A DNA stretch of 64,000 nucleotides from Mytilus californianus. Its lineage: Eukaryota. Of the stretch, positions 34,653 to 47,268 are shown in pieces. The stretch spans positions 59,024,001 through 59,088,000 of the forward strand of contig NW_026262723.1 of NCBI RefSeq assembly GCF_021869535.1, given 5' to 3'. Position numbers and translations under genes: made by a program. The notes under the pieces are model-generated. The model did not search any database. It was not told the origin of the DNA and was given only the letters and a program-made list of their open reading frames with translations. Position 1 is the first letter of the stretch. Each line of letters opens with the position of its first letter.

Positions 34653-36357
34653 TCACGGGGTATTAGGGTAATGCATATTCTGGTCTGGTACATGTAATCA
34701 TAGTAATAACTGAACATAATCTAAACATTGCTCAAGAGTGCTGATACAGGACGAAATGAATATTCTGTCCAATAAAATGCAGGAAATAATTGTCTAATTT
34801 GTGTACGGATTGAAAATAAATGTACGTGTAGCCAGGCGAACTTAATAAGCCATACTAGCAATATCAGAAAATGAATAGCATGTCCCCTTGAATTCGAAGG
34901 TTTTGACCACCTAAAATTTCAAAGGACTAACATAATTATGGAAATTTGCAATAGAAATAATAGTGAAGACCAGAAGACTTTCATCAAGGACCAACAGGGA
35001 AAAAATTATTTTGAGAACTCTGCCTGCCCCAACCCCAGAAATCCCTTAGTTATCTCTTTCCCTTTGTATTTTATATCAAGTTTAATTTTTAATTTAACTT
35101 TTCTATTGCCTTTATGGAAGTTTTTATAAATTTTGGGGTATACATGTATGAACTGGGACAAATATATTTATATTAGACCAGGTATAAAGAGGTCAACAGT
35201 TAAAGTGAATAGGTTTTACATTCTCATGAATTGGTACATGGTTCGAGTTGAACCTGAGACGTTCAGCAAATTAAAAAGTAACAAATCGCCTGTGGTCATT
35301 ATATTTAGGGCAAAATGCCCCTCCCCCTTTTGGAGAACTTACATGTCTGCCTGAGACGTGAACACTCATGCATTCAAATTTGATTCATTTTGGTCGGTAT
35401 TTGCTGTTTGATGTTTACAAGAATGTACTATTACCTGAGCACAAAGTGATAGCGGTCAGGGAGAATGTGAAAAACAATTTGAACTGTTTGAAAACGGATG
35501 TTGACAACTTGTGTGGGTATAATATTTCCGGAGACAATGGCGGATATCTCAGGCCGAAATCCGAATTTAATTAACCAACGTTGGGTGTAAATAGTGGATT
35601 CACTATATGAATGGGAAATGATGATGAATGGTATTTCATATTTAAAATAAATTTACACTTTATTTTTGCCGTTTAAATAATTTCCTGAAAGCACACTTAT
35701 TTGAAAATAATTATCTGAATATCTGAAATGTGCCTTTACCTTGTATGTTGTGTAGCATAAAGATAAAGCATCCAAGAATGTCATAAATCCAACTTTACAT
35801 CGTGATATACTAAAACCGACGTCAAACAATGGCCGCCATTACGTGTTGACAACGTCGTCTAGTGAACCGTATCACTGAGTACCGAAATCCTGACTTAGAC
35901 GCTTCCGGTTGTCCTACTGAATTGAGAATACGTAGAAAAAGATATATAACTCTTTTCATTTTCTACTTTATTTCCATTTAAAGTCCATGGTCAATGAAAT
36001 ATAAAGAATAACTAACCCGAGAATTCAAATATTCATCTTGTGACCGAACAACACCGATAATTAACTCATAAATTTTTAGGTTGTTCGGTCACTCGTTGGA
36101 TATTTTTCAATATTTAAATCTTGGACTAGTTATTCTAATGTGAAGTGCCGTCACAGTTGGTATAAAGAAAATAGGGATATTATATTATTTAAATTTTCTT
36201 ATAAATTTTGAAAATAATCTTAAACTAAGAATTTTTTCTCCCTTATACAAAGCTTTGATTTCTTGTCCGAGTTTAACTTTACATTTGTACCTTTCTGTGT
36301 TTGATAGCGCTACAACGTTTTTTATAAGGTTTTTGGAGTTTCTGTTATTTTGACAAC

Positions 36358-36400
36358 TAGCATCAATGACGAGACATTAATTGTCGAAATGCTAATCTTT
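36358..36400 (+). ncRNA. Decayed type I hammerhead-ribozyme-like motif
   Basis: ATGACGA-gaca-ttaat-tgtc-GAAA-tgcta-ATC: perfect stem II, C3 mutated. Confidence 0.45.
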
Positions 36401-36898
36401 TACCGTTAATGTTATAAAATAATTTTGCAGATATAGGTCTTGTGTTTTAACTGAAATAGTTTAGTTTTACCTCCTTATGATACGTCATCCTGATAATAAA
36501 AGAGTGTACAACATTATGCTTTATTTTACTGAAGATAACATAAAAAATTACAAAGATGTAACTAATGTTTATTTTTGAACTAATTTGTCTTTTGTGTCTT
36601 TGTTAGCTGTTTTTTCTTTTATGTGTAGCTTTGTATTGAAAACCACTGCAAGCACTAAGTTCAACACTTAGTATATGCCTCTCCCAATCTAAGAGAGCTG
36701 AGGACAATTGTTTGAAATATATTGTTGGATACAAAACTAAAACCAATTAGCAAATACATTTGTTTGTGCAGCTCAATGATTATTCGTTTATGTTGAATTT
36801 TTTCTGTATGATTCTGTTTTATCTTATCAATAAGAAGCGTTTAAATAGCTCATTCTAAATTTGGAAGCGCTATCTTGCCTTCAACAAAAGTATACGTA

Positions 36899-36926
36899 CG
36901 ACGTCAAATGACGTCAAATGACGTCA
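36899..36926. promoter_or_regulatory. Three CRE-like octamers at 10-bp period
   Basis: cgacgtca-aa-tgacgtca-aa-tgacgtca. Confidence 0.35.
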
Positions 36927-37320
36927 AATTGTATATATCGCAATGATGACGTTTTATGAAAAAGAAGAGTAAAGGGAAAAAAATAGCAAAAAATAATAAG
37001 CAAATTATGATTCAAATATATGAAATGTGCATAATGAATGAAGGAATGGGTATTTTTTAGAAATATTAAGAAAGGATAAAAAAAAAACTATTTTGTTACA
37101 CAAATGACATATATGGCATTTCCGCAGTTAGCCAGGGGAAGACACAAATGTCCCTCCCACAGTAAGAGGGTTAACCCGCTTAAGAAGATTTGAAATTGTA
37201 CAGCATTCACTTCAACGCAGATTTGATTTTTCTAACGATATTACCCGTATTAAATGGAGAAAAAAAACGTAACTTCTTTTGAAACACAAATGAAAAACTT
37301 TTGAAACACAAATGATAAAA

Positions 37321-37840
37321 AAACTCATCAAAGATATCAGGCTTATAATTTTGTGCATGCACGACAGACGCGCATTTCGTCTACTAACGCTCGAATGAAG
37401 ATAGTGAAAAGGCCTAATGAAGTACGATGTATAAAGGATTTAACAGGTATAAAATTTGTATTTGAAACATTTAAGTCGCAACGAAATTATTCCACGTTTT
37501 AATTATTGGAACCTGACACATATTGATATGGATAAAAGTTTGTGATATCTACATAGATATTATTATCGTCGTCTATCCCTATTCATAGGAGACCCAATTC
37601 CAACTATGGCTTCTAAAGAAGATAGAAAAAGCTAGCATCATCACTCACCTTTACTTAAATTATTGATGCTCTTTTTACTGAATAATTAGATAGATGTGGT
37701 AGCTAACAAACTCATCAAAGATACCAGGATTAAAATTGTGCACGCCAGACGCGCGTTTTGTCTACAGAAGACCAATCAGCGACGCTCCGATCAAAAAAGT
37801 TAAAACAGCAAAAAATAAAGTACGAATTTGAAGAGCATGC
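37321..37840 (-). repeat. Two family D repeats (~388 bp apart), each with a decayed hammerhead motif
   Basis: aaactcatcaaagata(t/c)cagg at 37321 and 37708; minus strand ...gtagacGAAAtgcgcGTC (core 5' half deleted) and CTGATTG-gtct-tctgt-agac-AAAA-cgcgc-GTC. Confidence 0.6.
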
Positions 37841-37929
37841 TAATCTATGCGATGATATATTTTCAAATAGTCCTCATTTCATATTTATTTTCATATTTTT
37901 ATAGAAATTCTCAAGCAAAACCGTTATTA

Positions 37930-38250
37930 AACAGTATATATTCCAGATTTGACAAGCTTTTTCAGAGCATGCAATTCCTTTCAGGATTTATTTAGGCTTG
38001 ATCTTTACAAGAAAATTGCTGAACCAAGCATTCTTCAATGTAAGTTGAAGTCCTTTCTTCGAAAATTTCACTTTGCTAATCGTAGTCACAATTGCATCAT
38101 CCGATCCTCGTTTTTGAACATGCCGCCTTAATTTATAATATACAAGAATATAACTATTTTTGTTTATCTCATGACAAACACCAGGGTTGCCTCTTGAAGA
38201 TCCGTACTTGGTTAAACCTCTTTTGTTTGGTATTATTCATGTTGCTAAAT
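37930..38250 (+). mobile_element. Degenerate Penelope-like RT C-terminus and 3' end
   Basis: FFRACNSFQD...KLKSFLRKF resembles YSRACxSYxDF..KLKSSLRKF; followed by a decayed family A segment. Confidence 0.65.
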
Positions 38251-39870
38251 TAATAGTCTTTTTAATTTGTAGTCTTTTATGGAATATTGTTTCGTATCTT
38301 TGATGAGGTTTTGACGTATGGCCATGGTTTTGTCATTTATTCTTGGATTATGAGTTTTATTGCCCAGATGTATCTCCTTAGTACTTTTTGTTAAATAGTT
38401 TTTATATGGAATTATGGAATATTTGATATTGTATATATACAATGACAATGCCCTTTCAACTCAAAATATGGATGCAATGTATACATGTGTTTTGTTTTCT
38501 TTTATTCTAAATATTTAAATAAATACCTAAATAAAATGGAAAGAGATAAGGACGATTTCAATAAACAAATACAAAATAGAATTATTTCAAAACCGGCGTT
38601 ATTGTCTAAGGTGACCAGTTCTCAGCATCTTTGAATTGTATTAAACAGATAAGTTATAATGTATTTTAAATTATTGGGTAATGATATGTTATACAAAATT
38701 GTGCATTTGTATCATCTCATCAATCAGGTAATTATATCCCTTTGTATTGTTCTTTTGTGCTTGTTTTATTGTGTTATTGTTTATGGTATGTTGTCCCATG
38801 TGTGCGTATCGAATTGAAATATAATAGCCTTCTTCTTCTTGTTGACGCATTCTCGTAAAGATTTTGAATGTGATAAATATATTCCGTTCTTACTGTATTG
38901 TAGATTTTTTTAAAGGTTATCAGATCTTAATTAGGGCTTTAATGTTAACATAATATGTAATGCAAGATGATATGACTTTTTTTATTTCATGGACGACGAA
39001 GACATCAACGTGCCAAAATTTCAAAAAGAAGTATGGCTAGGACAGTTTTACATTATAAGAACGAAATATATTGGTCACATGAAATGGAATAAAAAAACTC
39101 AACCTTACAAAACTTTACAACTGATTTCTGTTTGACATTAAGTGACCCTCTTATTACTATAACTGTTTAAATGCGCACTTTATTAATTTTATTATTTTTA
39201 TCTTCATAGTGATCACAATGTCTTCAATTTCTTCAGAATTTTAGCCTCGTCTAACAAACAAACCTATTTACGAACTTGATTGTCCCGAAAGTAGCGTGCT
39301 CTCCTTGATAGCTGGTGGTCGGTCGATTATAAACTCTGACTATTTATCCAGAATGTTTGTAAATCAATAATAAGCAAAGTGGATATAACATATCTATATT
39401 AATATTTATTTTATAATCCGTCATTTACAAACAAAGAATTTATCATAATCACAACATCCTTTCATTTGTCATTAACAGTACCACTCATTAAAACGCAAAT
39501 GATAGACATGGCCTCCTTTTAACATCTAAATCATATTGGAAAGAATGGTGAACCAACAACCTGACCTGCGGTTCCCTCTCTCTATAACCTTTTGTTTACC
39601 CAGTTAATCATTTTTCTAATATGATACCTAATTCATTGAGAGTATGAAAAAACTTGTACGTATTCTGAATTACCAAAATACTCTCCAAAATAAACAGGTT
39701 TTTCAAAAAAATCTCATTTTTATCATGTATTTTTGAAGATTTATGTAACTCTAACGGACTATGATGGTTACTTAACATTACTACAGTTATTTTTTTACAT
39801 TATTATTTTAGAAGGTGATCATATCAAAATGGTTACTTAAGACAACGGTTTGTTTATCAGAGTGAAATTG

Positions 39871-42800
39871 CTATTCTAATGTAAACTGTGCCATGCATTT
39901 GTTTCCCGATGCAGCTTCTATCACAGTCAAACTAAGTTCAGTGTTTCCAAAAATAAACCCAACTTCTAAAACTTGGCATCTCGACGAATCCGATACATCA
40001 ATGCCAATATTACCAAGAGAAAAGCAATCATCATCAGATGTATGAACTGGATTATGATGTTCGCTTGCAAATACTTTAAGCCATATTTTATTCACATTAA
40101 TTTTTGTGTTATACTTTCTCTGTATTACAGTTCCAATTGGAATTACCGAATCCTTTTCTAATATTTTATCAAAAGCATGTTTACATCGCCAAACCCCATC
40201 TGATAAATAACGATATTTTTCATCATGAATAGCTGTGTCAAATTTTGGATTAAACGAAATTCCATATGTAAATCTACTAATCCTAGATGAAATGACGTCT
40301 GATTTATGACCAAACAGAACAGCACCTTGTAAGACAGACAAACCCGGATCGAACGGTATTATTACTCTACAGTTTGGAAATGCTCGTCTCACAGCTTCTT
40401 GAACAAGAACGCAGTTCGAAAATCCACCAACAAGGATTATTTTATTTAAGGATCGCGCACTTTCCATTTGAAATATTTCTTTAATAAGCAATATAATATT
40501 TGCAATTGTTTTGTCGAACAGTTTCCTTAAAACATTAGCATCTATACGCACTTTATCGCCATAAATAACAATGGAATCTGAATATGGTGATGATGCTATG
40601 ACGCTTCGAAAACTTTCTTCTAGTTGTTTCTCACAAAGTGTGTTCAGTGTTGAAAATGGTATAGCCATGGTGACCTTTTTTGTGTCTGGATTAATTGTTC
40701 TCTTTTTTGTTTCAAAATCTCGTATTAAGTCTAGGTATGATTCAAGATATTTTTGCTTCATAATTTTAAGGACAGGTGCACCTACAATCTTTATCATTAA
40801 TTGAATGTATTCTGCATCAACACAAGTTCCGCCACAGTTGCCACCAGTAGCTCGACATAATTCCTTCAAACGGCCACCCAACATTTTTTCGTGTACCGTG
40901 ATGTCTGCTGTTCCACCTAAAATTATTAAGGTTTATTAAAAATCGGTTTAGTTATTATCACTCATACATGTAATTGAAACAAAAAATCTTGTTGTTCGGA
41001 AACATTGACAAATTTATTTTTCGAATTGTTATTAACAGTGATGTATAAATTTAATCAAAGTATTCGGTGTAGAGGCTTCTGTTTAAAGTTTTAAAGTATC
41101 AATTAGATCATTCTAACAACATGGAGTAGTGTAAGATATTAAGAACAGCAACTAACTTTAGTGTAAAAATAAAAATTAAATGTATTTCTTTTAAGGGTTT
41201 GGTACATGGATATAAAGAAGTGTTTGCAGTACTACTGTTGTCTAAGCTGATGTCATCGTTACTCGGTTGATCAAAATGAATTGATGGCCACTTGTCGTAG
41301 CCACAATGCTGTTACAGGTGTATATAAAAACACCGAAAGCTACGTCGAACTGACTTTGTTCTTGCCCTCAGCAAGACGGTTGACAGTAGGGTTGCAGGAG
41401 CTTCTTACTCTTATTGATCTTCTGCGTTCATCGTTTTGGTGTGTTCACTTGTTCATTATTCAATCTTGTTTGTAGTGTTGTAGTGTTGTTTTGTTAGTTT
41501 GGGGTTTTTTTTTTTTGCAATGGCTTTGTCTTTCGGTTTCCAATATTACACTTGGTATCTTGTTTACTTTTTAAAATCTTGCTTTCAGAAATGTTTGTTC
41601 TTCCCTCAACGGGATTCGAACCCTTGCTTCTGTGACATCGTGGCAACTCCGCCTGCGCTGTGTTCAGCGCAAATCTCAAGATCTAACATTGTCACTAACT
41701 AGAAATTATGGTTTGTTATGCATTTTTGGTAGACAATACACAGTCGGGACCTTGAAATAATCAAAGCAGGCCTTAAACTTTCTGACATGTACGGTTAAGA
41801 AATGTAGCATAAGACCCTGTACCTGATCCGCAGGAAATTGTTAACCCTTTACAACACTGTCAAAGGTTTAATCAGTGAACTCTAGCATTGGTGAACCTTA
41901 TAGTCAAATTCACATTGGTTTTAATGATGTGTCATAACTTTATTGGAAAGAATAACGGAGAATTTAATGGAGTCTTAGGCCATTTAGATCAACCACATAT
42001 AGCTTGTATAAAAACAAATAGTGAAATATAATAAGTACCTCCAAGATCTACAATCATATACTTAGTCCCTGGTTTTGCCATTGTGAATCCCGTTTCTATA
42101 CCAACCAGTTTGTCTGTAGGTAGGTATTGGCAATATATGGAAGCAGCTTCTGGTTCTAAGCACAGGAGAAGATTATTCTTTGATATACCAACCTGTCAAA
42201 AAAAATCAATATTTGCTTTATAATATCCTTTTACTTCAATATAAAGAAATATCATTCAGAAACTGTACAGTTATTTGTAATATAAGATGATATGATAAGA
42301 GCAAATTCCTAGATCCGGAAATTCACAAACCAGTAGCATTCCAACATCCTTTCATAATCATTCGAATTTTATGCATACCACTTGATATCAAATCTCGTTA
42401 TTTAATTTCATTAATATGTTGAAATTATGCAACTCGAGTTGATATCAAATATCTCACGAGTTATGAATCCTACGTTTATCTATAACCAGTGGTGTAGGAG
42501 TGGACTGAAGAGTGGGGTCAAAGTTTGAAAGTAACAAGCAAAAAAATAAGATTTGTATAGTCTAATAGTCTAGGAATTAGTCTGTTAAATTTTTAATATT
42601 TTTTTATTTTTCTAAAATTTTGTGATGGCTCCTACGCCAGTGTATATAACGAATGGTCATTATACTTGAATAAACATAAGAACATTGCATAGTTATATGC
42701 TTATTATAAGTAAAACATATACATAATTACATACTGTTTTACCTTTACTGCACTTTCTCTCATAAATTGTTTTGAAATATCTGTCCAAATTGCAAGGACA

Positions 42801-45093
42801 GACAAAACCCATCTAATATCTTTCAATTCTACTTCGGTGCCTTGCGTTTTCAAATATGACATCAGATGATTCTTCAGGGCCTTTATAGATAATGCAAACA
42901 CATCAATTGTTGGCATTGATTTCCCTGTTATGTCCTCTATTAACAGTTCCATTGAGACATCCTAAAACCAAAAAAATGAAACTCCAAAGAAAATTTAAAA
43001 AGGGGGGAGTCCACAAAATCAAACATTATCAATCAATGGAACGAGGGAAAACAATTTTCATATCCATGACTTTGTGCCGGTATTTTCTTAAGGAAACCAC
43101 ATATATATATTTGATTTTCTTATAAATTTGAAAGCAAGTTCTTGTAAAATAAATAATTTAACTAATATAGATTAAATTAAAAAGAATTGAATATAATACA
43201 AATACTACATACATGTATTCAAGTACAGTAATGAAATAATCCCACAATTACTAGTACGTATGAATTCATACAATCAGAAAAGAATAAAATATTTTTAATT
43301 TTAATTCAATTTGCTTTTACCCCATTTGCCTATCATCGACGTGCATAATTTCTTGCTTCATGAAATTGATCCCTATTTGAAGTTTAAAATTAATAAATGC
43401 CGGATAAAAAATGACGAATCAACTAAATGGTGTTATGTTGAATCACGAAAAAATCACTTTCGTGTTAATAATTTTTATAAAGACATGTTTTTTTTTCTAT
43501 ATAACAATTCAGGTTGTTTGTAGATCATTAAGGTTGAAATTATTTCATAGAGTGTCAATTTCTCATATGAATCATTCTGTCTATATTATGAGAAATTGTA
43601 AGTCTTGATTGTCTGACAGAAATAAGAAAAAAATCCTTCGTAATGTCTAGCACTGACGACAGAAATTTAATCGAGTAACGCTAGAGAAAAAGCCAGTAAG
43701 CAATGTAGATGACTACTCCATCTGAGATATCTTCAGACAACAAATTCTTTGAGTATGTCTGATGGATGAATACTTATATTTCCAAACCAACACCTAGACC
43801 ACCTTAGGTATGGTTGATCTTTAGATTCAATATATTTTGTAGGTCCATTAACCTCTGAAATTTTTACAGGATCTTGTTTGCACATGCAAAGGCAAAAATA
43901 TATTTGTACCAAATCTTGCGTTGGCCACGATCAGAATTTGTCATGTACAAACATTCAGTTTCCTCAGGGGTATATTGAAAGTAGAAAAACAGCTAACTCG
44001 TATCGAATATTGTATAAGCATCTCATACCATAATATCAAAACCGATGCAAAATAAATTCAGTTTTCCGTTTCATTTTCAAATTGATGATCAAGTGTTAGG
44101 AATATAAACATAGACAGCTACAGTTAACGATATTTTTAAATTTAAATTTAATTGAAACTTGGATAGGGTGTTTGTATAACTTTACCCTTTCCTTTTTTTC
44201 TTTGTTATGCATTGGATGTTACCAAACTTTTCTGAGAATATCTATATATGTTGTCAAATATTATTGCATATCTAAGCCGAAATTTGAATATTTTAATAGG
44301 GTGAAAGTTTCCATTAATGAAGAAAGATGTCATTATCTCACATGTTTGAAACGGTTGTATAAGTCACCAATCTAAGGCAATCACGTATCTAATGTAACAA
44401 ACTGAATTAAAACAACAAGTCAAGAGCACGATTTCATGGAAGTCTTAAATTTATCATGAATAATCTGAAGCATTGTCCAAAATGTTAAAAAGTCTTACCT
44501 TTGACCACATTTTAAAAAGATTCGCACAACCATAGAAATTTACAACAGATTTTCGTGCAATGACATCGTAATTATCTTCAAAATAAGGTCAAAATCAGCC
44601 TAGAGGTAGGTCAGTCCATTATTTATTTTCTTTATTTACGCTGCTTGTCATCGTACCATATGTTCATTCACTCATATGTCTATCTTTTACACAATGAACA
44701 TTTTCCTATACATTGACTATTATAAAGTACATGTAACTTAGTTCTCTAATCTCCTCATCGTCTAATACATTTTACATTTACCTTATTTTTGTGCAAACAC
44801 ATCTTAAATCTGTGGAAATAATAATAATCGTCTTGTTCGTTATCCATCACAATATCTGCATACTTGTTTTCAGCTTCGTATCCAAATGAAAGAAACTGTT
44901 TGTTAGAATCTAATAACAAACATGTTGGTGTTTTTAAGGACAGCAGTTGTTTTGACCCAGCATTCCAACACTGATTGGCATGAATTGTCATTGGTTGATT
45001 TTTAAACTCGTGTCTCATCGAAAATGCATAGCCAGAATACGTTGTACCAAAGTCAATAGCGGCTACAAGAAGGTAATTTTGATTCATGGCCAT
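39871..45093 (-). CDS. HSPA12: HSPA12-like (G2), intact, 576 aa
   Basis: complement(join(39871..40916,42039..42192,42743..42961,44782..45093)); GT-AG introns, same phases as G1; exon 3 (VGISKNNLLLCLEPEAASIYC..) absent from the ORF track; alternative ATG at 45099. Confidence 0.92.
41375..41572 (+). mobile_element. Degenerate family A copy, G2 intron 3
   Basis: gcaggagcttcttactc..ttttggtg..tggctttgtc..cttggtatct. Confidence 0.55.
41581..41702 (-). mobile_element. tRNA-derived SINE fragment
   Basis: Minus-strand B-box GGTTCGAATCC (41612-41622), decayed A-box, no full cloverleaf. Confidence 0.6.
42487..42642. mobile_element. Small MITE, G2 intron 2
   Basis: cagtggtgtaggag / ctcctacgccagtg inverted termini (12/14). 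Confidence 0.6.
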
Positions 45094-46769
45094 TTTCATT
45101 GGATTATCTGATAAATAGAAATATAAAACGGATAGTATATTAAATGCCAATAGTATCGAAAGAAGTAATATGGCAGTGTATATATATGTTTGTGTCAAAA
45201 TACTGGGAACTAAAATCAGGAAAATATTGTGTGAGTGTTACAATACACACAAGACGCCGTTGAACAAATTCCTTGATTCATAATTTTAGAAATAATTTAG
45301 AAATGACAAACGTTCACGATTTTCCTTTCGAAACAGTTATTTATATAGAGTCTAGTGTGTGTTTGTTGACTTAAAAGGATAGAAACACGATAAAAAGTAT
45401 AACTTGGTTAATTAATGGAATGTTCGAATATGCACCTTATGAGAGCTGCCAGTTTATATATGTTTCCTTGTTATCTAAATAATATCTGTGTCAATGCATC
45501 GTAAGCCAAAAGAATTAGAAACCCGCTAAGACGTTTCTTAACAATACTTACAGAATATTTATCGTCAATCCTTCCTAAACATAAATTTAATAAAATAAAA
45601 ACAGTCACTGTTGTCCTTAATTTAAACATTGGCAAATTTAAATTTAATTAAAAAAAGCATCGAAGCGAATACATCATTCAGAAAATCTAAAACGTGTTTG
45701 TAAATAATCCTATCAAAAGGCATAGACAAAATATATTTTTTAATTATCTGTCACTTTTGTCTTATTTATTTAGTGGGACATATCTATATAGGAGAAACAT
45801 TTATTACTATAATTATCTTGATTTTTTATGTTTGTTTACGCAGTATATTTTTGGATGACACTGACTAATATCATTTTTGTCGTGCGGTATCGTACTATAG
45901 TTTTGGCAGAGCCAGCAATTTGTGATATTCGATAATGAGTCAAATCCAATTTAGAAGATTAGAGATAAAAGAGAAATATTATCTCATTTATTTTGGCATT
46001 TTCATCTTTTCATGGTCAACAAATCTTTAAATTATACCATAAAACGTCTTCATATATTATCGTTATGTTCACTGAAAAACAATCAGCATTGAAAAAAGTC
46101 ACAAAGAATTGATTTAAAATTATGCTAGTTCATCTTAATTTGTTTTTGTTTTTCAAAGACCAACTTTAAAGTGCACCGAAGCTGCATTGATAGAGAGATA
46201 GGAACACCATACATTTTTTCTTATTCTTTTAATGACTTGACTTATTAATCAATTGAACCAAGATGATCTTTAAAAAACTTTGTTATAAGCTGCTAATGAT
46301 TTGAAATAATGAAAAGAATTACAGATTAAATTTGAAATCATCTTTTTCGAAAAATATATGTTTTACCTGTATGAACATTTACTTGAAGAAAAGGAGCTGT
46401 AGGGTATACGTTGATGTGTTCGTCCAATGAGTGCATACATTTTATTGACCGAGAAAAAGCCAATAAATCCACAAAAGATGAATAGTCTTTGCCTTTGAAA
46501 GGACTTCTAAAAATGCTGTCATTGTAAGCATTCAATGTCTCTTTTGCAAGAAACAGTAACATTCATGTATTTTTTTAAAGTTTTATATTAACATCAATAA
46601 TTTTCATACAACAACGTCATAAACGATAGGAGTAACGATCGTTTGCAATTCCAAAACTTAATCTGTGCACAAATATATCAAATATTTGAAGAAAACATTA
46701 GAACACCATGTGATGCTACATCACTATCTTAATTAGATTTCTCACCAAAGTTTTACTTACGATGAGCAA

Positions 46770-46992
46770 TACGATGGATGCCACATGTGAAGTTGAATCT
46801 GTCTATTATGCCAGAGCATATGAAAACAACCCTAGTTTTGGTTGGGTTAGTGTTGGTCAGTCTTTAGATGATTATGTTGTAGACTTAACTTTCTGTGTTT
46901 TCGCTGTTTTCCTGGTTTATTTGTCATGGGCTTGTCGGTTTCTCTTCGACTTTTAATTTTTTAATTGTCCGTTGGTATATTCTGTCTCTTTT
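46770..46992 (+). mobile_element. Degenerate family A copy
   Basis: atgagcaatacgatggatgccacatgtg..cagtctttag..ggtatattctgtctctttt. Confidence 0.7.
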
Positions 46993-47268
46993 GTATCAAA
47001 TTAATTAACTCATCATAGATGTTTATAGTAAATGTAAAAAAACATACAAAAAGTCCTAGCTTGTGAACTTTAGTTGAAGTTCGGAGCAAAAATGTGTTAT
47101 CGTATATCGAAACAGATTGACAAGGGTAAAACAATAAGTGAAAACGATTTTAGTTTTTTAGCATTATACATGTAGTTCATGGTTCTAAACAATTTAATAA
47201 GAATTGAATCTTTCACTACAATTGATACTAGCATTAGCTGTCTGATTGTTTTCTATTTAGAATTCTGG

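Noticed and set aside
41581-41702. Possible tRNA gene
   Set aside because: Only a B-box; no cloverleaf; context fits a SINE head
43654-43675. CTGACGA..GAAA as an intact hammerhead
   Set aside because: No stem II between the core halves
45100-45198. Signal-peptide-like hydrophobic N-terminus of G2
   Set aside because: Translated intronic T-rich tract upstream of the acceptor at 45108-45109
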